Part shown: positions 29,601-41,760 of the stretch, one piece after another
Numbering within the stretch: position 1 is the first letter of the stretch
Layout of the letters: each line of letters begins with the position of its first letter
Source: Zootoca vivipara
Taxonomy: Eukaryota
Assembly: GCF_963506605.1 (NCBI RefSeq)
Contig: NC_083277.1
Coordinates: forward strand, 56,854,001-56,918,000
Direction of reading: 5' to 3'
Length of the DNA stretch: 64,000 nucleotides
Position numbers and translations under genes: made by a program
The notes under the pieces: model-generated
Database searches by the model: none
What the model saw: only the letters and a program-made list of their open reading frames with translations
What the model was told of the DNA's origin: nothing

Positions 29601-32174
29601 GCATTCAACGTAGTACCCCAGCCAACTTACTGTCAGACGTCCCCGGGAGTAACGGATAGCCAAAAAAGTGTCATGGTTCCGATTACGAAGGTCAGCTGTG
29701 CAGCCTGCCAGCTCTGTCCAGCGACCATCTTTGCTATGGTCGTATGTCAGGGATCCATTGTTCACCATGGCAGAGATGTATGGAAACACACGCTGCACAA
29801 TAAAAGTAGCATGGTTTTAAATCTTCTGCATGTAGCTCTTACCCCAAATACTTGTGAAGCAAACATATATGCATATGGAAGCACCACCTGTCTGTGAGAC
29901 AATTCCAGACAGTTACAGTGGAACCTCGGGTTACATACCGTCCTCCTTACGAATGCTTCAGCTAATGAGCTCCGCTAACCCGGAATTAGATGCCCCTAGT
30001 TGTGAACTTATGCTGCAAACCCAGAAGTTTGTGAACGTTCTTTGGAACCCAAACGTCCGACGTAGTTTCTGATTGGCTGCAGGAGCTTCCTGCAGCCAAT
30101 TGGAAACCATGCCTTGGTTTCCGAACGTTTTGGAAGTCAAACTTCCGAGGTACGACTGTGCTTGGGTTGCAAGTACAAGCAACCCTCAAAGCCAGTGTGT
30201 TTCATCACTTACCTCTGTAGCTTCATCATTTGGGTAAGTGTCCAGAAAAATGGCCAATCCATGGAAGTTATCTTTGCTGCCATAAACAGGGCCTGAGCAG
30301 GACAAAGCAAAGTATGGTGACTAGATCTGCATCTTTGCACCATTGAACAACATAATCCAGCCAGGCAGAACTCTACAGATTAATCTGTAGAGCATCATTA
30401 TTTCCATACAGTTTGAAGCACTTGAATGTTGCCAGCAAACATTGTAAGAAAGGTTGTATTATTTTCAAACATTCTGCGCAAAGAATATAACTATGACGAA
30501 TGTTCTCCAACTTCTCGAACAGCAGCTTTTCTACTATGGCACATGCATTATCTCCTATAGAAACATGTCAAGTAGGTAAGAATTTAGATCTAGTTGTGAA
30601 ACAACAATAAAGCATTTACACACACATTCTCGAGCAACAATGAGCTGATATGTAATTAGGAACTCCCAGAAGACTATGCAGCAGTGCTCACCCAAAATTC
30701 TTAACAGCTTACTATGAAGGCCTAGTTCTCGCTGAGATGGCAAACCTGTCTGGGCTGTGCCACTACAGACTGCAGGTAGGAGCTCACATGACTGAATGTT
30801 TCTCCATTTAAAAACATCCCTCTACACAAATATATATGGGAATAGGCATAAGGCTGTAATTCCATATAATATAATAATAAAAAATATCATTGAACTCAGA
30901 AGGACTTGCTGCACATTACAATGCTATGCTAGTTTAAGCAACTTAGCTCAGAAACTATCCACTCATAACTGCATTTGGGGGCCCAGAATTCATCACAGTG
31001 GGATACCACCCTGACTATTCAACCCACTTCAGTACCTGCAGTAAGGCGCTCCCGAGTATACCACAGAGCAAAACCATCTCCATGCAGATTTTTCTTGCCA
31101 ATTCCATGGATCTTGAAATGGACATGGAGCTCCCAATCCTTTAGGAAGCAGGGCTAGAAGACAGAATATAGTAGCCCTAAGCACTTTTTAGAATGATTCA
31201 AAAGTTCCTTTAACATTCCTTTCACACAAACACACACTTTGGTTATTGTTAAGTAGGCATGATCACTGCTAGTCTCATCCCACTACCACTTTTCCATGCA
31301 GAAAACACACTCACCACTCGGTTCCAGATTGAACCCTCCTTACTGCGCTCATCAGGGGTCAATCGAACGTACTGGCTGGTCAGCATTGTACTCCCCTGGA
31401 AGTCCCAGAGGGGCATTGAACTGGAGCCAACCCCTAAAACAAAGAAGATACCATGGAAACCAGAAGTTACAGACTAGGCACAAAACCACCACCTCACAAA
31501 AATGATGGGAACTGTGTTCACTTGTTCTCCCCATTCTTTGGCTACCAATCAGCAGAAACTGATTATTCATGGCAACTTGATGAACGTGACTCCATTAATT
31601 TGTAATTTATTATTTACCAGGCAACTAAGGCTTTCCTCTGGATCTGTAAGATCTGCGTATTACACAAACCACAGCCTCCAATCGACCCCCCGCCCGACCT
31701 CTCAGGGCCTTCAGATTGAAGGGGCTGTCCTGGGCACAGAAAGGTCCCGCCTGGTTATTTATGAGGGTCCTTCGAGAATGTGTGCAAAACGAATAATACT
31801 GTCTCCGCGGCCCTTTGGTTTTCCTCTCTACTTCCTGAAGTGTCAAAACCAAGTCTTCCCCTTGGCCCAACGCGACCTGAACGTTAACCAGGGGCAGTCA
31901 GGATGGAGAAAGGCTCGAGAAAGGCGGGCGAGAAGGAAGGGGCGGAAGAGTCGGGGGGCAGCAGCCCCTGCCCACCCCACGCACCCTGGTAAGGCTTGAT
32001 GAGCGAGTGCTCTCTTTTCAGGTGCTCGCTGTTGCCATCTGTGAGCTCCGCAGCCCCTCGAGGCACCGACACGGCCAGGAGGAGCTGGAGGAAGAGCAGG
32101 GGCTGCAGCGCCATGGCGGCCGCCGACCCCCGCAGGCACCGCGCAGATCCACCGCCTCCCAGACCCACGACCAT
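26604..32174 (-). CDS. LMAN2: Vesicular integral-membrane protein VIP36 (L-type lectin), 354 aa
   Basis: Eight exons: 32174-31985, 31433-31315, 31153-31036, 30292-30213, 29792-29631, 29095-28981, 28734-28615, 26764-26604 (1065 nt). TDGNSEHLKREHSLIKPYQGVG, NLHGDGFALWY, FLDTYPND, YFFGASAGTGDLSDNHD, TM segment, C-terminal RNKRFY. Confidence 0.96.
29916..30158. mobile_element. Tigger/pogo-like MITE in an LMAN2 intron
   Basis: TA-CAGTGGAACCTCGG...CCGAGGTACGACTG termini; internal gagctccgctaacccggaa shared with the 9969 copy. Confidence 0.75.
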
Positions 32175-32199
32175 CCTACTCCCTCCTGCCCTTCTTCTT

Positions 32200-32490
32200 C
32201 CTCCTTCCGGTCGACCCTTCGCCCGGAGGTAAAAAGGAAAGGGAACCAAGGCAACCGAAACCATCGACGTCGGTAACTCTATTGTCCCCCGTCCGATCTC
32301 TGTAGGCCGGAACTCCGCCCCCCCAAGCGACTGTAGAGATAGGAAAAGTGAAGAGTGAAACGTGCTCTCCTGCTACCGCCTTCCGGGGTTCTGAGAGCGC
32401 AACGTGTCTGCGTGCGAGTGGTTGGAGCGGAGCAGATAGAAGTCGCGCCTCCTCCTCTGCTGCCCCCACCCCGGAAATTGCGGACGCTGC
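32200..32490 (-). promoter_or_regulatory. LMAN2 CpG-island promoter
   Basis: CpG-rich; GC box CTCCGCCCCC ~32313; several CCGGAA ETS cores. Confidence 0.6.
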
Positions 32491-33343
32491 AAGGTTTTCG
32501 TGAACTGCTCGTTCTCAGCCTCAGCAGCACCCGCCCTCTAATCTGCAATATGGGGGTTGTTAGCAATGGACTACCTAGCAAGGTTGTTGTGAGCTGTTTC
32601 TCGGCCGACTTCTTCCCTCCGCTTCCCTCCTGGTTGAGTAAGGGAATAATAATAACACTGAATTGAGGAGTGGGTGGTTCCTGCTTAGAGCTCCAGGGCA
32701 ATCCTCAGGGATGCCCCCACCTGCAGCTTCATTTCCCAGCACAGCTGTTCACGAGGGCAACCAAAGCAACTTCCAGTCCCCCAGCCCAGCGAGAAGCCGT
32801 GAAAGGGTCTTGGGAATCCCTATCACTCAATAACTCGTGTCTTCTCTAACACCTTGCTCAACTTTAAACTGGACTCTCTGTCTTTTTGGGTTGTTGTTTT
32901 TTTAGGAGAGGCCCTTTTAAGGCAGGAGGGGCTGTCCTTAAGGAAGCATTTACCGTAACATCTTTCAAACAAGACAGCTCCCCTCTCAAAGATATGTGTC
33001 AAAACTACAGGGGAGGGGGCTCGCATCTTGTCAGAATCCTAGATCTAGTCACAATCCTCTCCAAAGGAGCAAACTCTTAGAGGCTGTGGGAGCTTCGGCC
33101 CCCACAATAAAATACTTGTGGGCCCCCTGATCCTCTCAGTAACTGAATGTGGCATCTAGATCCAAAGGAATACAAGTGACTTCATCCGCAAAGTGGAGGA
33201 CAGGCTGAGTCCTCCTAATTTGGTTTGCTCTTTTTTCACAACTTTGATTTGGCTAACCATCCAAACAACATTACTTTTTGCATCCGGCACTGAGCTACAT
33301 GTGACTGTGCCTCTTTCGTTGTTTCAATAGGATTCTTATGTAT

Positions 33344-33872
33344 TGCTGCATGCCACCCGAATCTCCGAGAGCTGCGAGATTCCAGGGGTTCCAGGCGCTT
33401 ACCCAGGATTCGTGTTTCATTTTGGGAATGAGGCAGAATGGAGACTGTGGTGCCTTTAGGATATACAGTTTATTTACACATATATACAACCTGAGCCTAC
33501 AAAGGAGGGGTTCACAGCATTAACACCCCAAAAGGGTCTTGTTTCTCCCATAGCCACAGCCTTGGAGTTTACAGACATCCAACATTGCTCTGTCTCTCTG
33601 TCTTCTCCCAGCTTGCTGCTTTACTCTCTAGCTCACATCACTGCAACTCAACTCTAAACTCTGGCTTCATCCTTTTAACTAACCACAAGCTTTGGGGGGG
33701 GGGGGTTGCCATCTCGCACAGAGCCCCTTCCTTTGTTTCCCTTAATGTCCCATCACCCAGGCTATTACCTCAGCCAGGAAGCCAGCTTGGCTTATATTTT
33801 AACACTTGCTGGATCCAAGGGATAGAAAGATCTCACATACAGTCTACTTCCTCCCCCACCAAACTCATAACA
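33344..33872 (-). mobile_element. Candidate solo LTR (529 bp)
   Basis: TG...CA termini with a 4-bp direct repeat GTAT on both sides (33340-33343, 33873-33876); on the - strand a TATA-like TTAAAAG (~33675) precedes AATAAA (33469-33474). Confidence 0.55.
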
Positions 33873-34045
33873 GTATGTATCTATGTACCTTTCCCTTGGG
33901 TAGTTTTGAACTGTTCTCAGTTCATTGACTTTTCAGCTAGAAGTTGATTCCACACTAGTGCTACCAAGGCATTACTTAACTACAGTCAGCTGGAAGAGCA
34001 GAAATAAAAATTATGGTTCCACACAGCACTTGACATAGTGCTATG

Positions 34046-34289
34046 CAGTCATACCTCGGGTTGCGATCGCTGCGGGTTGCGCGTTTTCAGGTTATAGACG
34101 CACCGAACCCAGAAGTACTGAAACGGGTTACTTCCGGGTTTCGGCACTTGCGCATGCGCAGAAGCACTAATTCATGCTTTGCACATGCGCAGAAGCGCCA
34201 AATTGCGTCATGCACGTGCGCAGACGCGGCGCTGCGGGTTGCGAAAATGCCTCCCGCACGGATCACGTTCACAACCCAAGATTCCACTG
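34046..34289. mobile_element. Tigger/pogo-like MITE, CpG-rich
   Basis: CAGTCATACCTCGGGTTG...CAACCCAAGATTCCACTG-TA termini. Confidence 0.75.
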
Positions 34290-35754
34290 TATTGTCCATA
34301 AAAATCTGGCAAAATCCTGTTGTCTCTTCACTTTGAGGGAAGTTCCCCTGCAACTGTACCTTTAATGAATAGGTTCCTCCTTGCCCCTTTCTTTTAAAAT
34401 AGCCAATTAGTTGCTTCTTGTTCTCTAGTAGCAAGGGCCCAGAGAACTGACCCTTTATTAGATCCCGTTCCTTTAAATGGCTTTAATTGATTTCCTTTTT
34501 TGCAGCCACAGCAATTTCTTCTTCTAATTATTGGTGCAATTACAATAGCAGAATAAAAAAGTAAAATGTAACGAGCTATTGCTTGGACAGCAATTAAAGC
34601 TTCTCTCCAGGAAACAAGAACTGACTAATTAAGGGCTAACAACACAATCATAATCATGTCTACAAAGAAATATGTCCTATTGAATTCAGTGTGGTTTACT
34701 TCCAGGAATTCCTTGGCCAGGAGTGAGCAACAGCAACTAGCCATTTTCAAATGAGCAAGGAGTAATCTAGTTCCACTAGTGCAGGTCAGAACTGTATTTT
34801 GAGACAAAAAATATCACTACAAACCAGGAATGGAAAAAGATGGAACACAGAAAACCCTGATGTGCAATGGGTTGGCACTAGTGGTAGATAACACCATAAA
34901 AACAGAGTTTGTTTGATGTACAATCAAAGAAAATGGCTAGTGTGGAAACAACCAGAGTCCCCCTCATTTGATCTGTGTATCCTGGTATTGAAGACAAACA
35001 AGTCCAATATAGCAGTGAGAAAGATGTCCTGGTTAACCCATCTTTTGATCCACCAATTCAGAAATTACCAGCCTAGAGGCTACAGGGCACTTCACTGAAA
35101 CGAAATTGCCCCTGTTATGGCTCCACCTCTGGACAGGGTCTGATGGGAGTTCCTAAATGAGCAGGAAGATATTCAGGTTTAGGGTGTGCAATCTTTCCTC
35201 CTGCTTTCCCCTACAAAGATCTTCATGGGTAGATAAAACTTTGGCATGGTGGAGCTTTTGTTTTCCAGTCCAGAAAGTGGACAGTCCCATTTTTCTCTGT
35301 CTTTTGTAGGAGACTCAGGAATCGCACACAGTTCCACCCCACAATTTTCAGGGATTTGGGTGTATCTAGTACATTAGTAAGGTGAGCTTATCATACCAGG
35401 TTGTTTGCAGAGTCAATAGTCAGTATCTGTCCAGTGAAAATATAAGATATTTTGCTTTAAGTTTTATTTTCGTCATTTTGTGACATGATCACAATTATAG
35501 TTCCAGGATGATTTTCGAAAATCTAGCATTGCATCCCTTATTACGGTATGCTTGCAGGAGGAGATTTACTCATTAGGTCAGATATTTCAGAAAACTCAGG
35601 AAATCATTTCAGTTCAACATCCTTTCTCATCTTTGACTCTTGGGCCAGGTCCTGATGGTACCTTCTGCTATGAACTTTTGTGCACCACTAGGACTGAGGC
35701 TGTGGCCTCTGGGGATTCTGTAGATAAGAAAATCCATTCCTGTGCTCAGCATTT

Positions 35755-38700
35755 TCATTTTTTCCGACTTGTGATCTCGCTGCAAATCCAGTTCATCCCA
35801 TCCTAGATAGATAAAAGAGAGACTGTGGTTGGCAGTACTTTCTGGGCTCTGATTCCAGCCATGAGCACCTCCCTTTCCCATTCCCTACAGAACTTCACAT
35901 TATCTCACAGACACAACACAAACCTTCATACCTGAATGCCTTCACCAGATAGGGCTGAGCAAGCTTGGATTTGCCATGGCCGGTCTCGGTATGTGTGCAG
36001 GTTGAGCCCTTCAGCAATCTCTGCTGCAGGGGATGCTGTTGCTAGATCCTGCTTGTTAGCAAACACCAACAATGGGACACCCGTGAGATTCTCATCTTCC
36101 ACTAGTTCGGACAACTCCTGCCAAAGATAAAAGAGAACGCAGTGGATTCTGAACAGGCTCATCGTATGAAGTTACATCAAGACCCACCCAGAGGAGGTTA
36201 TATTGCTAGCTGTGGCATTCAGACACAAATTGTCATCACCTTTACCTAGAACTAGTGCTTGTAATGTACTCTGTTTCACAAAATTCCTTTTTTGAATGGT
36301 AAACCCAGAGGAGTAGGGCCTTGTCATTCAAGGGATGTGTCATAGCTGTTCCTTGTTAAATGCTATGAGCACAGGGGAGCTGCCTGATGGTGGTGGTGGT
36401 CATAATACAGTTGATGCTCCCATGATCCATACCTTCTGAACCCGCTAAGCTAAAGGAGGTAGGGAGAAGGAGATGTGAGGTTAAGACACCAAGCAAGCAT
36501 TCTGAACACTGGGTTCTACTTCTAGACTCTGCTATTATTTGACAATATTTTCACCCTTCACAACACTCATTCCCAGGTGCGCAGTTCTCCACAGTCCAGA
36601 TTACCAAATTCCTGCCATAGGTAGAATTATGGGATTGGAGGAGGTAAACTGTCTATCCTACCTGCCCAGTCTCCTCAAAGCGTTTCTGGTCAGCACTGTC
36701 AATAACATAGATCTGCAACGAGGAAAAGAAGGAAATCATCTACAGCCCACCATTATTCCTCTGGTCCCAGCTCCTCTTACCAGCTCCTAAAGCTTTTTGG
36801 TTCTTTTAAGGCAGCCCCAAGACATCTTTCTTTCTAAGGTATGAAATCCAAGTGGTGCCCTGCCCATCCCCCTCCACACATTGTGGCTGTGGAAGTATAA
36901 TAATATAAGTAAATAAAATAACAGGCAGTTTGATGTCCTCTGATAATACCTTCTAAATTCTGCAGTCTGAGGCCGGTCAGCTGGCACTGCCTAAGAGGCC
37001 TTCCAGATTGGTGGTTCCATTGCATGTGCAACATGTCATTGATACAACAGTAGCACATGAGAGGTGGGTTTATGCTTGGGCATCCACACATCATTCCACT
37101 TTATTAGTCGTTCTGTGGTGCTTGCTCAGTGCTACCACACTATTTCCACCTGGAGATGAATGTTTGCACTATAACGGAACAAAAGTAGGGCCAAAAAAAC
37201 CCACCCCAAATCCGGAACATTTGTAGCATGAAAAGTTAAAGGCTTTCAGCTATGGGACATGTATCGATTGGAAACAAAGCAGTATATCCACCCAAAAACT
37301 TTTGCAGATGTAACAGTATTGAACATGGGATTGTGTGAAGCCGTTCCCTGTCCCCATACCATGATGAACACAAGCTGTCATGAATGTACAGTGAAAAGGC
37401 TGTATGGAGGACCCTGGATATTAGGGCTTGCCTTGCCCTAGATTTGGTAACTTGTGTGGTTCCAGCAGACAAATTTCTACAAAGGCAGTTTTAGGGGCTG
37501 AGCCCCACACTCACCAGAAGGTCTGTGCTGCCCAGGTACTTCTTCCAATAGGCCCGGATCGCCCGCTGCCCTCCTATATCCCAGACATTGAGCTTGAAGC
37601 CATGAGAGTGGACACTTTTAATGTTGAATCCCTTCACAAAAGGAATCGGAAGAGGTGGGTAGGAGAGAGGCATAAGCAGGAACCGTGTGCTTCCTATGCT
37701 GAAGAATCCCCCCCCCCCCGGTTGCTCTGCTGCAAACTACACAGAATTTGCATGTGGCCCAGTTGGTGATGAGAACTCAGAAGATGGGCAACCTTTTCAT
37801 CAAATATGCCCATATATTAGAAACAAAAAAGCAATTCCTCCTCCCTCGTCCCAATGCAATGTCTTAGCCGCAAGGCTTGCCTGAAAAGCTCTGAGAGAGC
37901 CAAGGTGCTATTGCTGGTGTGTCTGAGCTCCACACTGTGGGGATGAGAGAGGAGCGTAACAGCAGGGGGTTGGTTAAGGTCTTGACTGCCGATCTGTTCC
38001 ATTGACTTTATGTAACTGGTTATCCAATTCCTCCTTGCCGCACACTCCATCCCAATCCCTCAGTGCTGATCTCCTTTGCCGCTGTGCTTACCTGTGTGGG
38101 GGTAATTGTGCTGACTTCTTCCGATGCCAGGCTCTTGAGCAAAGTAGTCTTTCCGGCATTGTCCAGCCCGAGGAGGACAATTCGCAACTCCTGCTCTTCA
38201 GAGCCTTTAAGCTTCTGGATGACTGAGAGAAGGCCCTAGGGCGCAAAAGCAGCATTTACTGGCTGGGATCTTTATTCTAGCTGCTGCCTCCTAGAGAGGG
38301 CCCGCCATGTTTTTAGAGCTTTCATCCTTAGACAGTCACTTGATTTTACCCACCAGCCTTCAGAGCTGACAATGGGGCCATTTTACCAGCTTCAGAGAAA
38401 CATCTCAAAGTTCAGCTCTCTCAGTTTGTGATGATGGTTATGTAATGTTTTATTATGTTTTTATGTATGTTGCTCGAGAATGTGTGGGCAACCCAGTCAG
38501 ATGGATGGGGAACAAATAAAATAACAACAAAAACAATTTATATACCATTCACAACAACAACAATTTATATACCATTCACGACAACAATTTGTATACCGGT
38601 ACCAGTATATACTGACAGACAGCCCAATAATAAAATAGTCATCATAATAACAGTCCACTCCCCCACAGTTTCACAGGCCTTAGATTATTTACCGTAATAG

Positions 38701-39285
38701 CCATGTTTCGACCACCCTCATTTCCCCTGCTCCTCTCACACATGAATGGTCCCACCAGCCTCCACCATGGGCACCAGGGTTGCATTCTGCAGCTTCTGGT
38801 TACCATTCCATTTGTGTTGTGTTGAGAGGTTGAGTGCTGTTGCTCATGTAGCCAAAATGGTGCCATCCATGAACAAGAGGGAGATTATTGGCAGGAACCT
38901 CAAGGTTTACAGAAGTACCAGAAATATTTCGGTGGTGGTGATGGAGATCCCCAGAACGGCCCAGTGAGGACAGATCGTGCAGCAGGCACAGAATTCTGGC
39001 TGACTTTCAATAGGGAGGAAAAAACAGGCAACAGAGGAACAGAAGGGAATATTGCCGTGGAAGGCATGGTTGAACAGCCACAACACATGGTTGCAGCCCC
39101 CATGTTGCAGATATTAAGTGTAGATAGTAATCATGGCGGGTCTTTAGAACCAGTTCTGGGGAGCAGACTAGTAGCAAGTCCTGCCACAGAGTAGATGCTG
39201 AAAGAGTCACTCTGTGAATACTACCTCCCCCATCCCAGTATTTGTTACAGGATCAGAATTCACTCACCTTTTGCACTTCACCCAT
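35755..39285 (-). CDS. ADP-ribosylation factor-like GTPase, ARL3-like paralogue (187 aa)
   Basis: Six phase-0 exons: 39285-39268, 38235-38092, 37631-37515, 36712-36662, 36117-35932, 35802-35755 (564 nt). MGEVQK|[31 protein letters not shown] (P-loop), TPTQGFNIKSV, WDIGGQ, FANKQD, QACSA. Confidence 0.92.
38524..38598 (+). repeat. ~27-bp tandem repeat (about 3 copies) at a LINE tail
   Basis: acaacaa(a/c)aacaatttatataccattc repeated, directly after an L2-type 3' end (cccagtcagatggatgggg). Confidence 0.7.
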
Positions 39286-39964
39286 GGTCAGGCTCTCGAC
39301 ATCCTCTGCAGAGCCAGCCGTGGAAGCAGTCTAGGCTGCTAGCTGGGTCCTCACTGCGTGACTGACATGCCTCACTCCAGCTGGGGGAAGGAAGAGGATT
39401 AGGACTCCAGAATTAGCTTGTGTTTCTCAATTTACCCAGGGTGTTTAGTAATACCCTAGGTAAATCCCCCTACTGCCAGCTGTCGCCCTGGCTTGACCCA
39501 GTCCACTCCTGAAGTTCCAGGCGAAAGATGCCTGTCTGCCCAACCAGATTTAAACATGTAACAAGGTGCCTGAGTATTTTTGGTTAGCATCTTATCTAGC
39601 GCAGTTCAAGGTGGAAATTTCCTCTATTTGGGTGACTTGATGGTCTGACCAGGTTGCTCAGGGTCCTGTCCCGTCCCCCCATCCCAAATGAATGGTAGGC
39701 CCAGCAGTGGAAGAAAACGTGGTGTGGAATCTAAGGCTGCAAACTCCACCATACATTATTTAATGCATATTTAAAGCACATGACATCCCCTAAAGAATCT
39801 TGGGAACTGTAGTTTGATGAGGGTGTTAGGAGTTGAAGCTCTGTGAGGAATAAACTACAGTTCCCATGATTCTTTGGAGGAAGCTGTATGGTGTATATGC
39901 ACCCTTGGTTCAATTACTATATATAGGATTTTCTGCAGCCCTTTCCTCATCTTGCTTGAAAAAA

Positions 39965-40366
39965 CCACTCTTGCTGCAGCCTGTGTTTTGTTAGCTCAAA
40001 AATGGAAAACGAGTGAAGTCCCAACTAAAGAAGAATGGCAACTTAAGCTGACAGAATATGCACAGCTTGCAGATTTAACATATAGAATAAGAAATTAAGA
40101 ACATACATTTAGAGAAGATTGGAAAACGTTTATTGAATACATGGGGGGAAAATGTGTTCACTTGAAAACATTGGCAACATTAAGATATATTCAAAAAAGT
40201 GTAAATAAGTTTTGATGGATGTAATAATGGTTTAGTTTTTGTAAAATATGCAGGGATTTATGATATGCAAAATGAACCATGGAAAGAGAAGGGAAGTCAT
40301 TGACATTTTAAGGATGTTTAAATGAGTATTTTAAATTGTAAAACAGAAAATTTAATAATACATACA

Positions 40367-40400
<34 letters not shown>
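39965..40400 (+). mobile_element. L1-type LINE 3' end with a (TACA)n tail
   Basis: Frame reads AACVLLAQKWKTSEVPTKEEWQLKLTEYAQLADLTYRIR, typical of a non-mammalian L1 ORF2 C-terminus; AT-rich 3' UTR; (TACA)n at ~40359-40397. Confidence 0.65.
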
Positions 40401-40401
<1 letters not shown>

Positions 40402-40516
40402 GGGGAAAAGGAAAAAGAAGGGGGGGGAACCACTCGTTTACATTTTCTAATGCTAACCAGAGCCATTTAAAGGTTTTTGGAGCTGCTTTTCTTGGAAGGG
40501 GCACTCTTCATAGATA

Positions 40517-40698
40517 CTGTATATTCCGGTGTATAAGACGACTGGGCATATAAAACAACCCCCAACTTTTCCAGTTAAAATATAGAGTTTGGGATATACT
40601 CGCCGTATAAGAAATACGACCCGGCGTATAAGACGACCCCTAACTTTTGAGAAGATTTTCCTGGGTTAAAAAGTAATCTTATACGCAGGAATATACAG
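40517..40698. mobile_element. Tc1/mariner-pogo MITE
   Basis: TA-CTGTATATTCCGGTGTATAAGAC...TCTTATACGCAGGAATATACAG-TA with internal GTATAAGA subrepeats. Confidence 0.8.
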
Positions 40699-41059
40699 TA
40701 TATTGTAATACTAATTACTGTGGGACCACTGAACATAGTAAAAAAACCAAGGAGCAGGATTACCACAAGACCCACCAGAAGAAAATGTAGGGCATTCCAC
40801 TTTTCCTCAAAATAATTTTTTTGTCACACGTAATTTTATGTTCCAGCCTTCCACAGCCAACCACCCTCCATGTACCGTATACTGTATCTGAATTCATGTA
40901 ATTGCATGAAAGGCAATTTGATCCCGCTTTCATTTGAATAGATTCACTGGGCTCTCTGAACTTCTAGGCCCATTGTAGGAGAATTCCAACCAACAGGGAT
41001 GCAATGGCTGCTTGGCATTGTTCTTTGATTTAAGAAACAGTTTCAAGACAAATCTGGTG

Positions 41060-41760
41060 CCAACTGATTTTCTGGATCTACTTCAGTCACCCTGATGGAT
41101 GACTTATGCCAGGAGAAAGGAGGACTGCTGCCTTGTTTATTCTTCTCGAACTCTCAGTCTGGGTAGACCGTCTGGACTGAGAATTAGAGGCACAATTTTA
41201 CAATGGTTCCACTGCTACCTGGATAGCTTCTGTCAGAATGTAGTGCTTGAGCATTTGCGCTACGGGTTTCGGTCTTGTTCCTTGTGCTTTTCAACTACCC
41301 GAAATGACTGAGTGATGTCATCCAGAGATTTGCCACCAGGAGTCATCAATAAGCGGATAACCCTCAGGTCCAGTTCTCTTTGACAGGTGAGGCAGGAAGC
41401 CCAATTCATCTAAATCCATCTGCTTTGAGGAAGTGCTGAACAAGAGCTTCTTCAGCACAGTCATGGACTGGATGTGAGCCAAGAAACTGAGGCTCAATCC
41501 AGATAAGACTGAGTCACTCTTGGCGAGTGGCTTGTCTGCCAAGGGGAGGGGTATTCATCCCATTTTTAATGGGGTTGCATTCCCTCTGAAGGAACAGGTT
41601 TATTGTTTCAGGGTGCTCCTTGAACCATATTTTGTCACCAGAGGAACAAGTTTCCTCTGTGGCACAGAGCACTTTTTTAACAGCTTAGGCTGGTTAAGCA
41701 GCCCTGGCAGATATAGAGTGGCCTCAGCGATGCGTGCTTTCATACCCTCCAGGCTAGGGC
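41060..41760 (+). mobile_element. Degenerate L2-type LINE fragment
   Basis: tcatggactggatg...aaactgaggctcaatccagataagactgag (vestige of WM..NKL.LNPDKTE) and ggggttgcattccctctgaaggaacaggtt, shared with the 13350-14130 fragment. Confidence 0.55.

Noticed and set aside
31502-32701. Several 100-165 aa ORFs around LMAN2 exon 1
   Set aside because: CpG-island composition artefacts; only the frame encoding TDGNSEHLKREHSLIKPYQG is supported
38524-38598. CRISPR-like repeat array
   Set aside because: Eukaryotic context; head-to-tail repeats without unique spacers; LINE-tail expansion
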